From Synechococcus sp. (GTDB lineage Bacteria; Cyanobacteriota; Cyanobacteriia; Thermostichales; PCC-7336), in contig JBFRWN010000135.1 in assembly GCA_051439605.1 (NCBI GenBank), positions 1 to 33,127 of the forward strand: DNA of 33,127 nt, written 5' to 3'. The position numbers and the translations under genes are program-made. Under the pieces are notes generated by a model that saw only the letters and a program-made list of their open reading frames with translations, searched no databases and was not told where the DNA came from. Below, in pieces: positions 1-9,545 of this stretch (position 1 is its first letter; every line of letters starts with the position of its first letter).

Positions 1-206
1 CTATTACGTCAAAATTTTAATTGCTGCTTGTTCTATGATTTGAATTATATTCAGGTTCACTGGATATAACTAGTCTCAACTATTTTAGAACTTGCATTCT
101 TTTGATTTCATAGTGAGTTGAAAAAGATTAATTTTTCTTGTAATGAAGGGCGTGAAAATCGATCTACCAATTCACTTGGAGATACAGAATAGTTCTGCCT
201 TCATTC

Positions 207-665
207 CTATAGATGACTTTTGGGGATGGGGTGGGCATGCGTTTTGTCTTGAATCCACCTCCAAGCAACAACGTTTAGAATGAGCCCCACTCCCAGCAGG
301 AATATCATCAATGTAATTTGATACCACTCAATAGGACGAATTTGCAAATCCGCAATCACATGCAATAGGTTCAGTACTGAATAGATCACGGTGAGCGTAA
401 AATGTCCTCTGCGAAATTTCAGGGAGCTATCGAAGACGGTCCCAATCATTGCAATCAGAGGCAGCAAAAAGAACGCTAACATCAGCCATAAAATAGATGA
501 CATTGCAGTTGGATCAGTATCGTGTAGGTGGTCATGGGCGACATCAATTCCGTGAAATATTGGCATCAATCCTAACTGGGTATGAAAAAGGAGTCCGAGT
601 AAAAAAACAGCCCATAAGGCTACGATCTGTTGACGTCTTTCCAGGGGGTTTGTTGATGCTGGCAT
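207..665 (-). CDS. Hypothetical integral membrane protein (about 4 TM helices, His-rich loop)
   Basis: 152-aa ORF with four hydrophobic stretches and an HGIDVAHDHLHD loop. It resembles a conserved cyanobacterial hypothetical family (from memory). Confidence 0.7.
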   Translation of the reverse strand: MPASTNPLERRQQIVALWAVFLLGLLFHTQLGLMPIFHGIDVAHDHLHDTDPTAMSSILWLMLAFFLLPLIAMIGTVFDSSLKFRRGHFTLTVIYSVLNLLHVIADLQIRPIEWYQITLMIFLLGVGLILNVVAWRWIQDKTHAHPIPKSHL

Positions 666-988
666 TATTCAGACTGCTCCGACGGTCAAGACATTCGTCA
701 TATAAATGGTGTAATATTTGTTGCGAGAATTCTACATAGACTGCCAATCTGAAATAAAGTGCAATGCACGAGCGGTTACCAATGCCGAACGAAGACGTCT
801 GTGGTGCTGTATTGGGTTGCCGTAGGCAAGGTTGTTAACGGGGTAACACGGCTTAGTTGAGCCAAACTGGTTAGCTTTCAAGTAGAGGTGGTGGCATAAG
901 TCAGGTCGTAGGTTAAAAGGGCGGTTCCTGGCGAATCCCCCGCTACACTTGGAGATGCTTTCCACTCCGTTCATCCGTTCAAGTCAAC

Positions 989-2071
989 ATGTCTAACCCC
1001 AGCACACCCGAAACCCCAGAATTCGATATTGAAGAGCTCATCTTTAAACTGCGCCGCAAGATGGGCACCTGGGTGGAATGGGGGGAAGCCTGTCAGAAAC
1101 TTCAGCAGGCTAAGCTCTCTCCACAAGAAATCTTCGAAGGCACGGGGTTCGAACCCATTCAGCAGAATCAAGTGATTGTGGCCGCCCAAGTCTTTCGGGC
1201 AATTGAGGCTGCAGATGTACCTGCCCCAGTTGTCGAACATTTCTCCACTCGTGGCAGCGATGTCCTGTACGAACTCAGGGTATTGGCCCATCAGGAGCGC
1301 CCTAAAGCTGCGGAACTGGCCTTTCAACACGGCATCGATCTAGAAGAGGCCCGCGAAGTGGCTAAAGCCATCAAAGACTACACCCGTCTTAAAACCCCAC
1401 CTTCTGGTTACGATGACTCTCCCGGCGATGCGATCGCCCACCAGAGTTGGCGCTTGGCCCGCCAAAAAGAAGATTTGCAAACGAGATCGCGCTTAATTGC
1501 CCGCGGTCTGAAATACGCCAGCAGCACCGCTGCCCGCCAAGCTCTAGAAAAGCTGCTGACTGATTTCACCGTTATAAAATCGCGCCCTGCCCCCCGCCTC
1601 CCCCTCTTCCGCCTCGACTCTGAAGAGGAAATGCCCTTGCTAATGTCAGTGGTGGGCCACTTGCCTCTCTCTAAAACAGATTTGCAGGCGGCGCCCCTGA
1701 GCGAACCCGAAGGAGCGTTTGGGGTCGTCAAGTTTTCAGGATCGGGTGCTTGGGTAGCCATCCCTGGTTGGCAAGTGTTGCTGAATGCCGAAGATGCGGT
1801 GGCCATTTTGGCTGATGGTGCAGATTTAGCCGATTTTGCTGATAGCTCCGGATCTCCGCTGTCTGGAGAGTTGCTGATCGTGTGCGATCGCGACAATCGT
1901 GAATGGAGAGATGATGGTCATTTCCTGGCAGAAATCGACGGTTCCCTCAAGGTGATGTGGTGGGAGAGCCAGCCAGAGGAGCAAATTTTAGGTCGGGTTT
2001 TAGTAGTGTTGAGGCCCAAATTTGTACTGGACGAGCATCTCGCCAAAGACCCCTGGCAAATCGACGAATAA
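989..2071 (+). CDS. raf1: RuBisCO accumulation factor 1
   Basis: Raf1 motifs LRRKxGxWVEWG, IFExTGFEPIQQNQVIVAAQV, GSDVLYELR and GAWVAIPGWQ, plus the C-terminal acidic tail KDPWQIDE. Confidence 0.95.
   Translation: MSNPSTPETPEFDIEELIFKLRRKMGTWVEWGEACQKLQQAKLSPQEIFEGTGFEPIQQNQVIVAAQVFRAIEAADVPAPVVEHFSTRGSDVLYELRVLAHQERPKAAELAFQHGIDLEEAREVAKAIKDYTRLKTPPSGYDDSPGDAIAHQSWRLARQKEDLQTRSRLIARGLKYASSTAARQALEKLLTDFTVIKSRPAPRLPLFRLDSEEEMPLLMSVVGHLPLSKTDLQAAPLSEPEGAFGVVKFSGSGAWVAIPGWQVLLNAEDAVAILADGADLADFADSSGSPLSGELLIVCDRDNREWRDDGHFLAEIDGSLKVMWWESQPEEQILGRVLVVLRPKFVLDEHLAKDPWQIDE
1430..1437. repeat. HIP1 octamer GCGATCGC (one example of many copies in the protein-coding part of the window)
   Basis: GCGATCGC recurs about twenty times by eye, e.g. 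near 1430, 1884, 3754, 8817, 14895, 21570, 21909 and 28696. It is a hallmark of many cyanobacterial genomes. Confidence 0.9.
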
Positions 2072-2086
2072 GAAGCTGAAGAGATT

Positions 2087-2902
2087 TTATGTTCGTCGCT
2101 CGCTTACCAACGTCGTACTCTCCCGGTTCCCAGACTTATCGTAGCTACGAATTATCCTTTGCCTAAATCCAGGTGCAATCAGCCAACCCAGCTCCACCAC
2201 AAACGGTTGACCACTTGGGATGTGTTGAGGGCAATTGGAAGAGACTCCTCCAGGCAACAATAGCAAGTGCACGGGATAGCCACCGTCCTCAAAATGCAGC
2301 ATCGATCCGTCAATTCTTGCGGTAGAAATAAGAGTACGGTTGCCAAACGTGATTTGCTGTGAAAGGCGATCGCCATTCACCTGAACCTGCAGCTGGGTTG
2401 GGTACCGCATTGGTTCCGGAGACTTTGCCGACAGCGTCACGGCTTCACCAGTCCAGTTCCCGACTAGATCATCCACGGTAAGTCGAGGAGAAACTGGTAT
2501 TGATGCCCCCTGCAACTGCTCGCAAATAAGTACAACTTTCTCTAGCTGTCCTGCCTTGTAAACCTGCACCAGCCGAACTCGGCGTGGGGACTGTATCAGC
2601 CCTTGCTCGAACCCCGTATTCGAGAGCCCGTGCAGCCACTTATCCCCCCGTGAAAATTCTCCCCCCTCAAAAAACGTCATATCCCCAGGTACGGAACCAA
2701 ATGTCCAGGTGACATTACGATCTTGATCGGTCAGATAGTCCACATGCACCTGAACTTGTCCGCTATCTGTCTCGGTCACCGCCACCACCGTCGGTAGCTC
2801 GTCAATTGCTTCTCCGTTCGGTAAAAATTTGGCAAACGATCCGTGCCATTCTCCTAAATTCTTGAGAAAGAAGTCCCACTGCTGTGCGTAAAATTCCGCC
2901 AT
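2087..2902 (-). CDS. DUF3598-family protein
   Basis: N-terminal QWxxFLKNLGEWHGSF; LLLPGGxSSNCP, FxxELGWL and RQRIIRSY motifs typical of cyanobacterial/plant DUF3598. Confidence 0.8.
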   Translation of the reverse strand: MAEFYAQQWDFFLKNLGEWHGSFAKFLPNGEAIDELPTVVAVTETDSGQVQVHVDYLTDQDRNVTWTFGSVPGDMTFFEGGEFSRGDKWLHGLSNTGFEQGLIQSPRRVRLVQVYKAGQLEKVVLICEQLQGASIPVSPRLTVDDLVGNWTGEAVTLSAKSPEPMRYPTQLQVQVNGDRLSQQITFGNRTLISTARIDGSMLHFEDGGYPVHLLLLPGGVSSNCPQHIPSGQPFVVELGWLIAPGFRQRIIRSYDKSGNRESTTLVSERRT

Positions 2903-3239
2903 AGCTCCCTAGTTTTGTGGGGGGTCCTTAGTTTTGCGGGTCAACATCAATCAACTTTTCTCCCACCCGATTCCAGGTAGTGAAGTGCATGGTCAAGTTA
3001 AAACTCGTCCACCACACCAACATGACAAACTCTCGATCGCCCCATGTCTCAGGGGTCAGGGTTTTTTCCAACTTTCCCTGAAGCTGCTGCAAATGGGTTG
3101 GGGGCTTCCAGTGCATGTTGTGTAACGTTTTCTAAAACTCTCTCACAATTCTAAGCGTACGCTTGGAGAGTAGCAATCTTGCAGAGAGCAGGCACGGAAG
3201 GGCGGAATGACATTACTTTGACCCCCGCATCCATCTAGG

Positions 3240-3287
3240 TGAATGAAAGCGGCCTTCCCAATTTCAGAGGAAGGCCGCTTTCATTCA
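3240..3287. terminator. Perfect 19-bp inverted repeat, probable (bidirectional) intrinsic terminator of rnj
   Basis: TGAATGAAAGCGGCCTTCC (3240-3258), 10-nt loop, GGAAGGCCGCTTTCATTCA (3269-3287); 36 bp beyond the rnj stop. Confidence 0.75.
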
Positions 3288-3323
3288 AGTTATTTAGCGA
3301 AGATCGAACCGCCGAACATTAGG

Positions 3324-5180
3324 CTAGGCTGATGCTGCAGCTGCCGAGCGACGCCGACGGGTGCGAGGGCTGCCTGTTGTGGGTACATCTTCCGCGGCTG
3401 CAGTGGGGGTAGCCTTGCGCTTTTTCGCTTCACCCCCATTACCACTTGTAGACGAAGACTCGGTATCCGCTGGGGTTTGCATCATCAGCATGAGCATGGG
3501 GCGACCTTGCAGTCGGCTGCGTAGCAGACGCAGCACCGAGCGCTCAACTGCGCCCTTTAAGCCAGCCCAGTCCACATCATCCAACTTGGTAGTGGTACCC
3601 AGCGGAGAGTTAGTGAACTGACCCCAATGGTCGATGAGGGACTCGCCAATGGTTTGGCGAATTTGCTGCTCTAGGGACTTCCCAGCATTAGCCACTGCCA
3701 CAATATTGATGCTGGGGGGAGAGACCAGCCTGCCTTGGTCGGTTACTGTGCAAGCGATCGCCACCAGACCGTCATTGGCCACCTGTTGGCGTTCCTGCAG
3801 GACTTTATCAGCCACCATACCCGAGCGGCTTTGGTCCACCAGCTGCAGACCACAAGGCACTTTATCCACTGCCTTGATGGTATCGGGGGTAACTTCAACC
3901 ACATCGCCGTTGTCGATAATGACAATGTTTTCCTGGGGGACGCCCATATTCATAGCGGTTTCCGCATGCTTGACCAACATCCGGTATTCGCCGTGGGTGG
4001 GCACGAAGAACTTGGGTTTGGTCAAGGCCAGCATAAGCTTCTGGTCTTCCTGAGCACCGTGACCGGATACGTGCAGCCCCTTATCCTTGCCGTAAACTAC
4101 GTGGGCCCCTTGAGCTACGAGCTTATCAATGGTGCGAACGACAGGGATGACGTTGCCAGGAATGGGGTTTGCAGACCAAACGACAGTATCTCCTGGGCGA
4201 ATGGACAACTGACGATGTTCCTTGTTGGCAATTCGAGTCAGGGCTGCCAGTGATTCCCCTTGAGAACCAGTGGTCAAAATCACCACTTCATCGTCGGGCA
4301 TTTTGTCCACAACATTCATGCGCTGCAGTGTCTCGTCCTTACAGCGGATGTAGCCTAAGCGGCGGGCGTGATCCACCACATTCAGCATCGAGCGCCCCAG
4401 CAGGGATACAACCCGTCCCGAAGCCTCTGCTTGCTGCAGGATCATGTTGACCCGATGCACCGACGAGGCAAAGGTGGTAACAATAATGCGCCCTTTCGCG
4501 CTTGCAAAGGCACGTGCCAGACCCGCTCTCACGGCTGCTTCGGAGGGGGTAAATCCCGGCACCTCAGCATTGGTAGAGTCGCTGATCAAACACAGAACTC
4601 CTTTCTCGCCATGTTCGGCCAACCGCTGGATGTCGAAGGTTTCTCCGTCTACAGGAGTATGGTCGAACTTAAAGTCGCCAGTTTGAATGACGACGCCAGC
4701 AGGGGTATGCAAGGCAATTGTGAAGCTATCGGCAAAAGAGTGGGTATTTCGGATGAATTCCGCGAAGAAATTCTTGCTGAGGGGAACCAAGTCGCGCGGT
4801 TCAACTGTACGCAGCTCGGTGCGGTGGAGTACTCCCGCCTCCTTTAATTTCCCTTCCAAGATAGCCAGTGCCAGCTTGGGACCGTAGATGACAGGGATGT
4901 CAAACTCTTTTAGGTGATAAGCGATACCGCCAATGTGATCTTCGTGACCATGGGTTACTACCATGCCTTTGATCTTGTCGCGGTTCTGTTTCAAGTAGGT
5001 GACGTCTGGCAGCACGATATTGACACCGTGCATGTCGGCATCGGGAAAACTCAATCCCGCATCTAAGAGTACGATTTCATCCTCGCACTCGAAGACCCAA
5101 GTGTTCTTACCAATCTCCTGCTCCCCACCTAAGGGAATCATCTTTACGGCAGGAGTCTGAGCCTTCGATTTTGTCGGCAT
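3324..5180 (-). CDS. rnj: Ribonuclease J
   Basis: Metallo-beta-lactamase/beta-CASP motifs PLGGxxEIGKN, THGHEDHIG, TGDFKFD, SDSTNAE, HVSGH and PTHGEYRM; lies downstream of dapA (conserved synteny). Confidence 0.96.
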   Translation of the reverse strand: MPTKSKAQTPAVKMIPLGGEQEIGKNTWVFECEDEIVLLDAGLSFPDADMHGVNIVLPDVTYLKQNRDKIKGMVVTHGHEDHIGGIAYHLKEFDIPVIYGPKLALAILEGKLKEAGVLHRTELRTVEPRDLVPLSKNFFAEFIRNTHSFADSFTIALHTPAGVVIQTGDFKFDHTPVDGETFDIQRLAEHGEKGVLCLISDSTNAEVPGFTPSEAAVRAGLARAFASAKGRIIVTTFASSVHRVNMILQQAEASGRVVSLLGRSMLNVVDHARRLGYIRCKDETLQRMNVVDKMPDDEVVILTTGSQGESLAALTRIANKEHRQLSIRPGDTVVWSANPIPGNVIPVVRTIDKLVAQGAHVVYGKDKGLHVSGHGAQEDQKLMLALTKPKFFVPTHGEYRMLVKHAETAMNMGVPQENIVIIDNGDVVEVTPDTIKAVDKVPCGLQLVDQSRSGMVADKVLQERQQVANDGLVAIACTVTDQGRLVSPPSINIVAVANAGKSLEQQIRQTIGESLIDHWGQFTNSPLGTTTKLDDVDWAGLKGAVERSVLRLLRSRLQGRPMLMLMMQTPADTESSSTSGNGGEAKKRKATPTAAAEDVPTTGSPRTRRRRSAAAASA

Positions 5181-5452
5181 ACGTTGTTTCCTTGTTTACA
5201 AACTACTTAGTGTGAAAAAAAAATTTGCGGGTCTACAGTGTTGAGGTGCGAACTGAAGAGGTTGTACCTGCTAACCCAAGAGCGAATAGCGGGAATTGAT
5301 TGCACAGCATCTAAGCTATACATAGCGCTGGATTCGAGACGGTAGCGCTTAAGTCAGTCTGTGTGTATTTTGCACAACATCAAGAAAAACTTCACTGGGT
5401 TTGGTAGGCAAGCTAGATTTCTGACCCTTAGCGCTTGCCAGTCCCGTTTGGG

Positions 5453-6370
5453 CTATAGAGATGCCATAACAGGGGCAATCTCCTTGCTTCCTTCCAACAG
5501 ATGCAACGCAATCATGGTAGATTTCAGTCGCTCAACAGAAACGGGGGAAAGGGGCGCCAATGGCATGCGTACAGAACCAACGTCCCATCCTTGCAATTGG
5601 AGAGCAGTCTTAATCGGTGCAGGATTAGTCTCAATGAAAAGATCCTTGAACAAAGGTAATAGTTTTAGGTGGGTTTTGAGGGCCGCAGCAGGATTCCCCG
5701 CCTGAAAATCTTGAATCATCTGCTGTAGCTTGTTTCCCACAAGATGACTGGCTACGCTGACTACACCGCTGGCTCCAACTGCCAACATCGGTAGTGTCAG
5801 AGCATCATCTCCAGAGTAGACGGCAAACTCGGGGGGGGTCAGGCTGCGGATGGTACTCGTCGCATCCATGCTGCCGCTGGCTTCTTTAATACCGACAATC
5901 GTCGGTAACTCGGCTAGCTTTGCAACAGTCTCGGGTTGCAAAGAGACGCCAGTCCTTCCAGGAATATTATAAAGCAATATAGGCAAATCTGAGCAAGCTG
6001 CGATTGCCCGAAAATGCTCGTACAGGCCTGCTTGGGTGGGCTTATTGTAGTAAGGTACCACTTGCAGAGACCCACCTAAGCCCATTGAAGCGGCTTTGCG
6101 AGTGGCGGCGATCGCCTCCTCTGTAGAATTAGATCCTGTACCAGCAATAATTTTGGCTTTTCCTTTCACTGCCTCCTGCATGATGGCATAGAGTTCAAAT
6201 TCTTCGTTCCACGTCAGCGTAGGAGATTCCCCTGTGGTGCCACAAACAACCAACGCATCCGTTCCATTCTCTATCAAATATTTTGCCAATCGCGCCGCTT
6301 CCGGAACGTTCAACTTTCCCTCGGGTGTGAAGGGGGTTACCGTGGCTGTCAGGACTCTTCCAAAGACCAA
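5453..6370 (-). CDS. dapA: 4-hydroxy-tetrahydrodipicolinate synthase
   Basis: Motifs [24 protein letters not shown] and GIKEASG (Schiff-base Lys). The start is placed at TTG 6370, 9 nt after AGGAG; the ORF track gives 6379. Confidence 0.95.
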   Translation of the reverse strand: MVFGRVLTATVTPFTPEGKLNVPEAARLAKYLIENGTDALVVCGTTGESPTLTWNEEFELYAIMQEAVKGKAKIIAGTGSNSTEEAIAATRKAASMGLGGSLQVVPYYNKPTQAGLYEHFRAIAACSDLPILLYNIPGRTGVSLQPETVAKLAELPTIVGIKEASGSMDATSTIRSLTPPEFAVYSGDDALTLPMLAVGASGVVSVASHLVGNKLQQMIQDFQAGNPAAALKTHLKLLPLFKDLFIETNPAPIKTALQLQGWDVGSVRMPLAPLSPVSVERLKSTMIALHLLEGSKEIAPVMASL

Positions 6371-6753
6371 GACAATCAACTCCTATTTGTACACTTGGGA
6401 GGTCCATCATCCAGATGGTTAGAGGGATAGATAGTCGTAAAATCCTATCGCTCTAGCGGAGAGACCTGGCAAAATACTTTCAGCTTTCGCTGCAATTAAG
6501 GGCTGCCTTCAAAGGGGAAATCAACTTGATAGTTCCCATAATTGATTTGGCTTTTACATCTGTTAATGTCAGCCTAGCATTAGTTAAACGCTGTGGCAGC
6601 GATCTCCTGGAGGAATTTCAGGAATTCTTCCCATGAACTCTCACTCTATAAGTGGGTAGGGAACCCGAGTTTTGGATGGCGGTGGACAAGACCACCACCA
6701 TCACCAACTATATCGGAATGCTTAGCTACAGTTAGTTCCTTCTGGGATTACTC

Positions 6754-7476
6754 GTGCGTTATTTACTGTTCAACAAGCCATATGGGGTACTGACCCAATT
6801 TACAGACCGGCTGACAGACTCGAACCGGCTTAGCAGAGATACCTTGAAGAGCTATATCGAGGTGCCCGATGTTTATCCTGTGGGGCGGCTCGATCGCGAT
6901 AGCGAAGGACTGTTGCTGCTCACGGATGATGGGTGGCTGGCGGCTCAATTGATTCATCCACAGTACGGACACAAACGGATCTACTGGGCTCAGGTGGAAG
7001 GCATTCCGACAGACTCGGCAATTCAAAAACTGCAGCGCGGGGTGACAATCAAAGGTCATCAAACCCTCCCAGCGAAAGTTCGGGCGATAGCCGAACCGAG
7101 ACTTCCCGAGCGATCGGTGCCGATTCGCTATCGCAAATCAGTCCCCACAAGTTGGCTGGAACTGTGCTTGACGGAGGGGAAGAACCGTCAGGTGCGTCGC
7201 ATGACGGCTGCTGTTGGCTTCCCAACGTTACGGCTAGTGCGAACCCAAATAGCCTGTCTAACCCTGCAAGGCTTGGATTTAGGACAATGGCGCGATTTGA
7301 CTCCAATAGAACTGCAGACCTTGCGAAAATTAGTGAATCCGCGATCCCTTACAGGCATAAGTATGTCTTCGAAATCATCAAGTCCAACGTTAGGCTGCAA
7401 GTCCCCTCGTAACAGCGCATCCCGTAACACTCGTTCATCCCGCTCATCTAGACAAGCGCGCCGCTCCAGAAAATGA
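6754..7476 (+). CDS. RsuA/RluE-family rRNA pseudouridine synthase
   Basis: Motifs [23 protein letters not shown] (catalytic Asp) and [23 protein letters not shown]. No S4 domain, so RluE-like; basic Ser/Arg tail. Confidence 0.9.
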   Translation: MRYLLFNKPYGVLTQFTDRLTDSNRLSRDTLKSYIEVPDVYPVGRLDRDSEGLLLLTDDGWLAAQLIHPQYGHKRIYWAQVEGIPTDSAIQKLQRGVTIKGHQTLPAKVRAIAEPRLPERSVPIRYRKSVPTSWLELCLTEGKNRQVRRMTAAVGFPTLRLVRTQIACLTLQGLDLGQWRDLTPIELQTLRKLVNPRSLTGISMSSKSSSPTLGCKSPRNSASRNTRSSRSSRQARRSRK

Positions 7477-7491
7477 GCTTTTTGGCTGGCT

Positions 7492-8886
7492 CTAGCTGCC
7501 TTCAGTCTCAACTTGCTCTGAGGGAGCACTGGGTCGCCAACCAGGTTTAACTACCTGACGACTGCGAGCAATGACCAAACTGTTATCGGGAACCGACTCT
7601 GTCACCGTCGAACCGGCAGCAACAGTGACTGATGCCCCCAGTTCAAGCGGGGCTACCAGGACGGAGTTCGAGCCTGTGTTGCTGCCATCACCAATTGTGG
7701 TGCGATGTTTCTGCTGGCCGTCAAAGTTGGCTGTAATTGTCCCAGCTCCGATGTTGACCTGCTGCCCCACCGTGGCATCCCCCAGATAACTGAGGTGGGC
7801 GGCGTTGGTAGCTGACCCCAGCACCGCATTTTTTATCTCGACAAAATTTCCAATGCGGCAGCGATCCCCTATATCCGCATGACCGCGCAAATGGGCAAAT
7901 GGGCCAATACAGGCACCCTCGCGCACCCTAGAGTCACGGATCACCGAGTAGGTCACCTGACTGTTGGCACCGATGATGCTGTTTTCAATGGTACTGTTGG
8001 GGCCGATTGTGCTTCCAGTCTGCACGACTGTCTTGCCTCGCAGGTGAGTTTGGGGCTCGATGGTGGTATCTGGCTCCAGCTCTACCGTGTCATCCACCGT
8101 GCAGCTATCGGGATCAACGAAGGTGACACCGGCACGCATCCAAGCGGTCTTGGTGCGGTCTTGCAATGCGTGGTAAGCGGAGGCAAGTTGTTGTCGATCG
8201 TTGATCCCCTGCAACTCTTGAACGTCAGCAACGTTGAGAGCGTATGCGTTGGGCACCATCGCCACTGCATCCGTTAGATAATATTCCTGCTGCGAATTGT
8301 CAGCGCTGAGGTTGGGCAAAACCTGCTCTAAGGCTGGCCAGTGAAAGCAGTAAATCCCTCCATTAATTCGATTGTGGCTCAATTGTGCCGGAGTACAGTC
8401 GCGATGCTCGACAATTTCCTTGACGATGCCCTCTGTTCCGCAAATTACCCGACCGTAGCCGCTGGGATCGTCCACCTGCGCGGTCAGGAGAGTGGCGGAG
8501 GATCGTTGCCTCCGATGAAAAGATACAAGGGATTCAAGAGTGGATGGGCGGAGCAGTGGGACGTCTGCATTGAGCACGAGCAAATCCCCCTGAAATCCTT
8601 TGAGGTGGGGCAAGAGCTGTTGGATGGCATGACCCGTGCCCAACTGCTGTAGCTGTTCGACAAATTCTAGAGGGTAATCCGCTAATGTCTTCCGTACTTT
8701 GTCTTGGGCATATCCCACGATGGCAAAGCAGCGTTCGGGTCCGAGCTTTTGAGCGGCAATCAGCGTTCGTTCGACCAGGCTTAAGGCGCCCAGCTTGTGC
8801 AGTACTTTGGGCAATTGCGATCGCATCCGAGTTCCTTTGCCCGCAGCCAAAATCGCGACGGCGATCGGCGGTTGCCCCTCAGTCAT
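7492..8886 (-). CDS. glmU: Bifunctional UDP-GlcNAc pyrophosphorylase / glucosamine-1-phosphate N-acetyltransferase
   Basis: Motifs [20 protein letters not shown] and EYYLTD, hexapeptide repeats, [15 protein letters not shown] and NIGAGTIT. The start is probably ATG 8886; the ORF extends to 8919. Confidence 0.96.
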   Translation of the reverse strand: MTEGQPPIAVAILAAGKGTRMRSQLPKVLHKLGALSLVERTLIAAQKLGPERCFAIVGYAQDKVRKTLADYPLEFVEQLQQLGTGHAIQQLLPHLKGFQGDLLVLNADVPLLRPSTLESLVSFHRRQRSSATLLTAQVDDPSGYGRVICGTEGIVKEIVEHRDCTPAQLSHNRINGGIYCFHWPALEQVLPNLSADNSQQEYYLTDAVAMVPNAYALNVADVQELQGINDRQQLASAYHALQDRTKTAWMRAGVTFVDPDSCTVDDTVELEPDTTIEPQTHLRGKTVVQTGSTIGPNSTIENSIIGANSQVTYSVIRDSRVREGACIGPFAHLRGHADIGDRCRIGNFVEIKNAVLGSATNAAHLSYLGDATVGQQVNIGAGTITANFDGQQKHRTTIGDGSNTGSNSVLVAPLELGASVTVAAGSTVTESVPDNSLVIARSRQVVKPGWRPSAPSEQVETEGS

Positions 8887-8989
8887 TGCGCCCATTCCAT
8901 ATCCCCCAAACTCCAGCACTCATCTTATCCCTAACGAATCGAGCTTCGGACAAGAATCTCGACTAGGCAAAGAGCTTACCTCGGAAAAT

Positions 8990-9040
8990 GGTCGTGCTTC
9001 AGATAAATATGGGATAGGTAATAACATCCTGCCAGGACCA
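8990..9040 (-). mobile_element. Probable IS1-family right-end remnant
   Basis: GGTCGTGCTTCA (8990-9001) fits the GGTnnTGnnTCA pattern of IS1-type terminal repeats. It overlaps the stop codon of the minus-strand peptide WSWQDVITYPIFI*, which resembles the C-terminus of cyanobacterial IS1-like transposases (from memory). Confidence 0.5.
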
Positions 9041-9113
9041 AATAGGTTCATTGAAGTAGGTGTCAACGATCTTTGGTCAGAAGTCAAGAGAATTTGCTTT
9101 AACTGTCCTTCAT

Positions 9114-9498
9114 CTTAGTAGTGAAAAAAAGTCCTGAAATATCTATGAGTTAAGAGTTCTCATAAAACGTTGGTTGGTGAATGAATTGCGAAAAAGGAGG
9201 CTGAATTACTCCTCAGCGACCCTCTCCAAGGCTCTAGAAGCAATATAAACCAGGCTTTCTGGCGATAAGCAAGAAATACTGAGATTTCGTGTAGAGCTTG
9301 CTGTGTAATAGTTTCAAGAGTTTTCTGCACCACCAAGGACTCAGTTGATCAAGCAATTGCCGATAAAGCAGGGGCGTTTCCATGGCTGCTCCGAGTTGGG
9401 GAACTTGAGCATTCCATAATTCGCCCCCAGCTAGCTATGCCTGCCTCATTTAAAACCTAGACACAGCAGGGGATTCAAGACTTTTCTGCACCACTAAG
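9114..9498. mobile_element. Degenerate MITE / IS remnant with 25-bp terminal inverted repeats and an internal extra right end
   Basis: CTTAGTAGTGAAAAAAAGTCCTGAA (9114-9138) matches the reverse complement of 9474-9498 (CTTAGTGGTGCAGAAAAGTCTTGAA) at 21/25. A third copy at 9313-9338 is a 24/26 direct repeat of 9474-9499. No transposase ORF and no target-site duplication seen. Confidence 0.6.
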
Positions 9499-9545
9499 GC
9501 TCTTTCCATTTCGTCATGCACGAGTAATGCCAGCCCCCAGCCAGA

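Noticed and set aside
3361..4887. Numerous antisense and alternative-frame ORFs over rnj (likewise over glmU, chlI, amiC, ilvA and cobN)
   Set aside because: Shadow ORFs of well-supported genes, with no recognisable motifs.
5206..5223. CTTAGTGTGAAAAAAAAA resembling the MITE left end
   Set aside because: The match rests mostly on a poly-A run and needs a gap; probably chance in the rnj 5' UTR.
9313..9499. CRISPR array
   Set aside because: Only two direct copies, 161 bp apart, plus an inverted copy; no cas genes.
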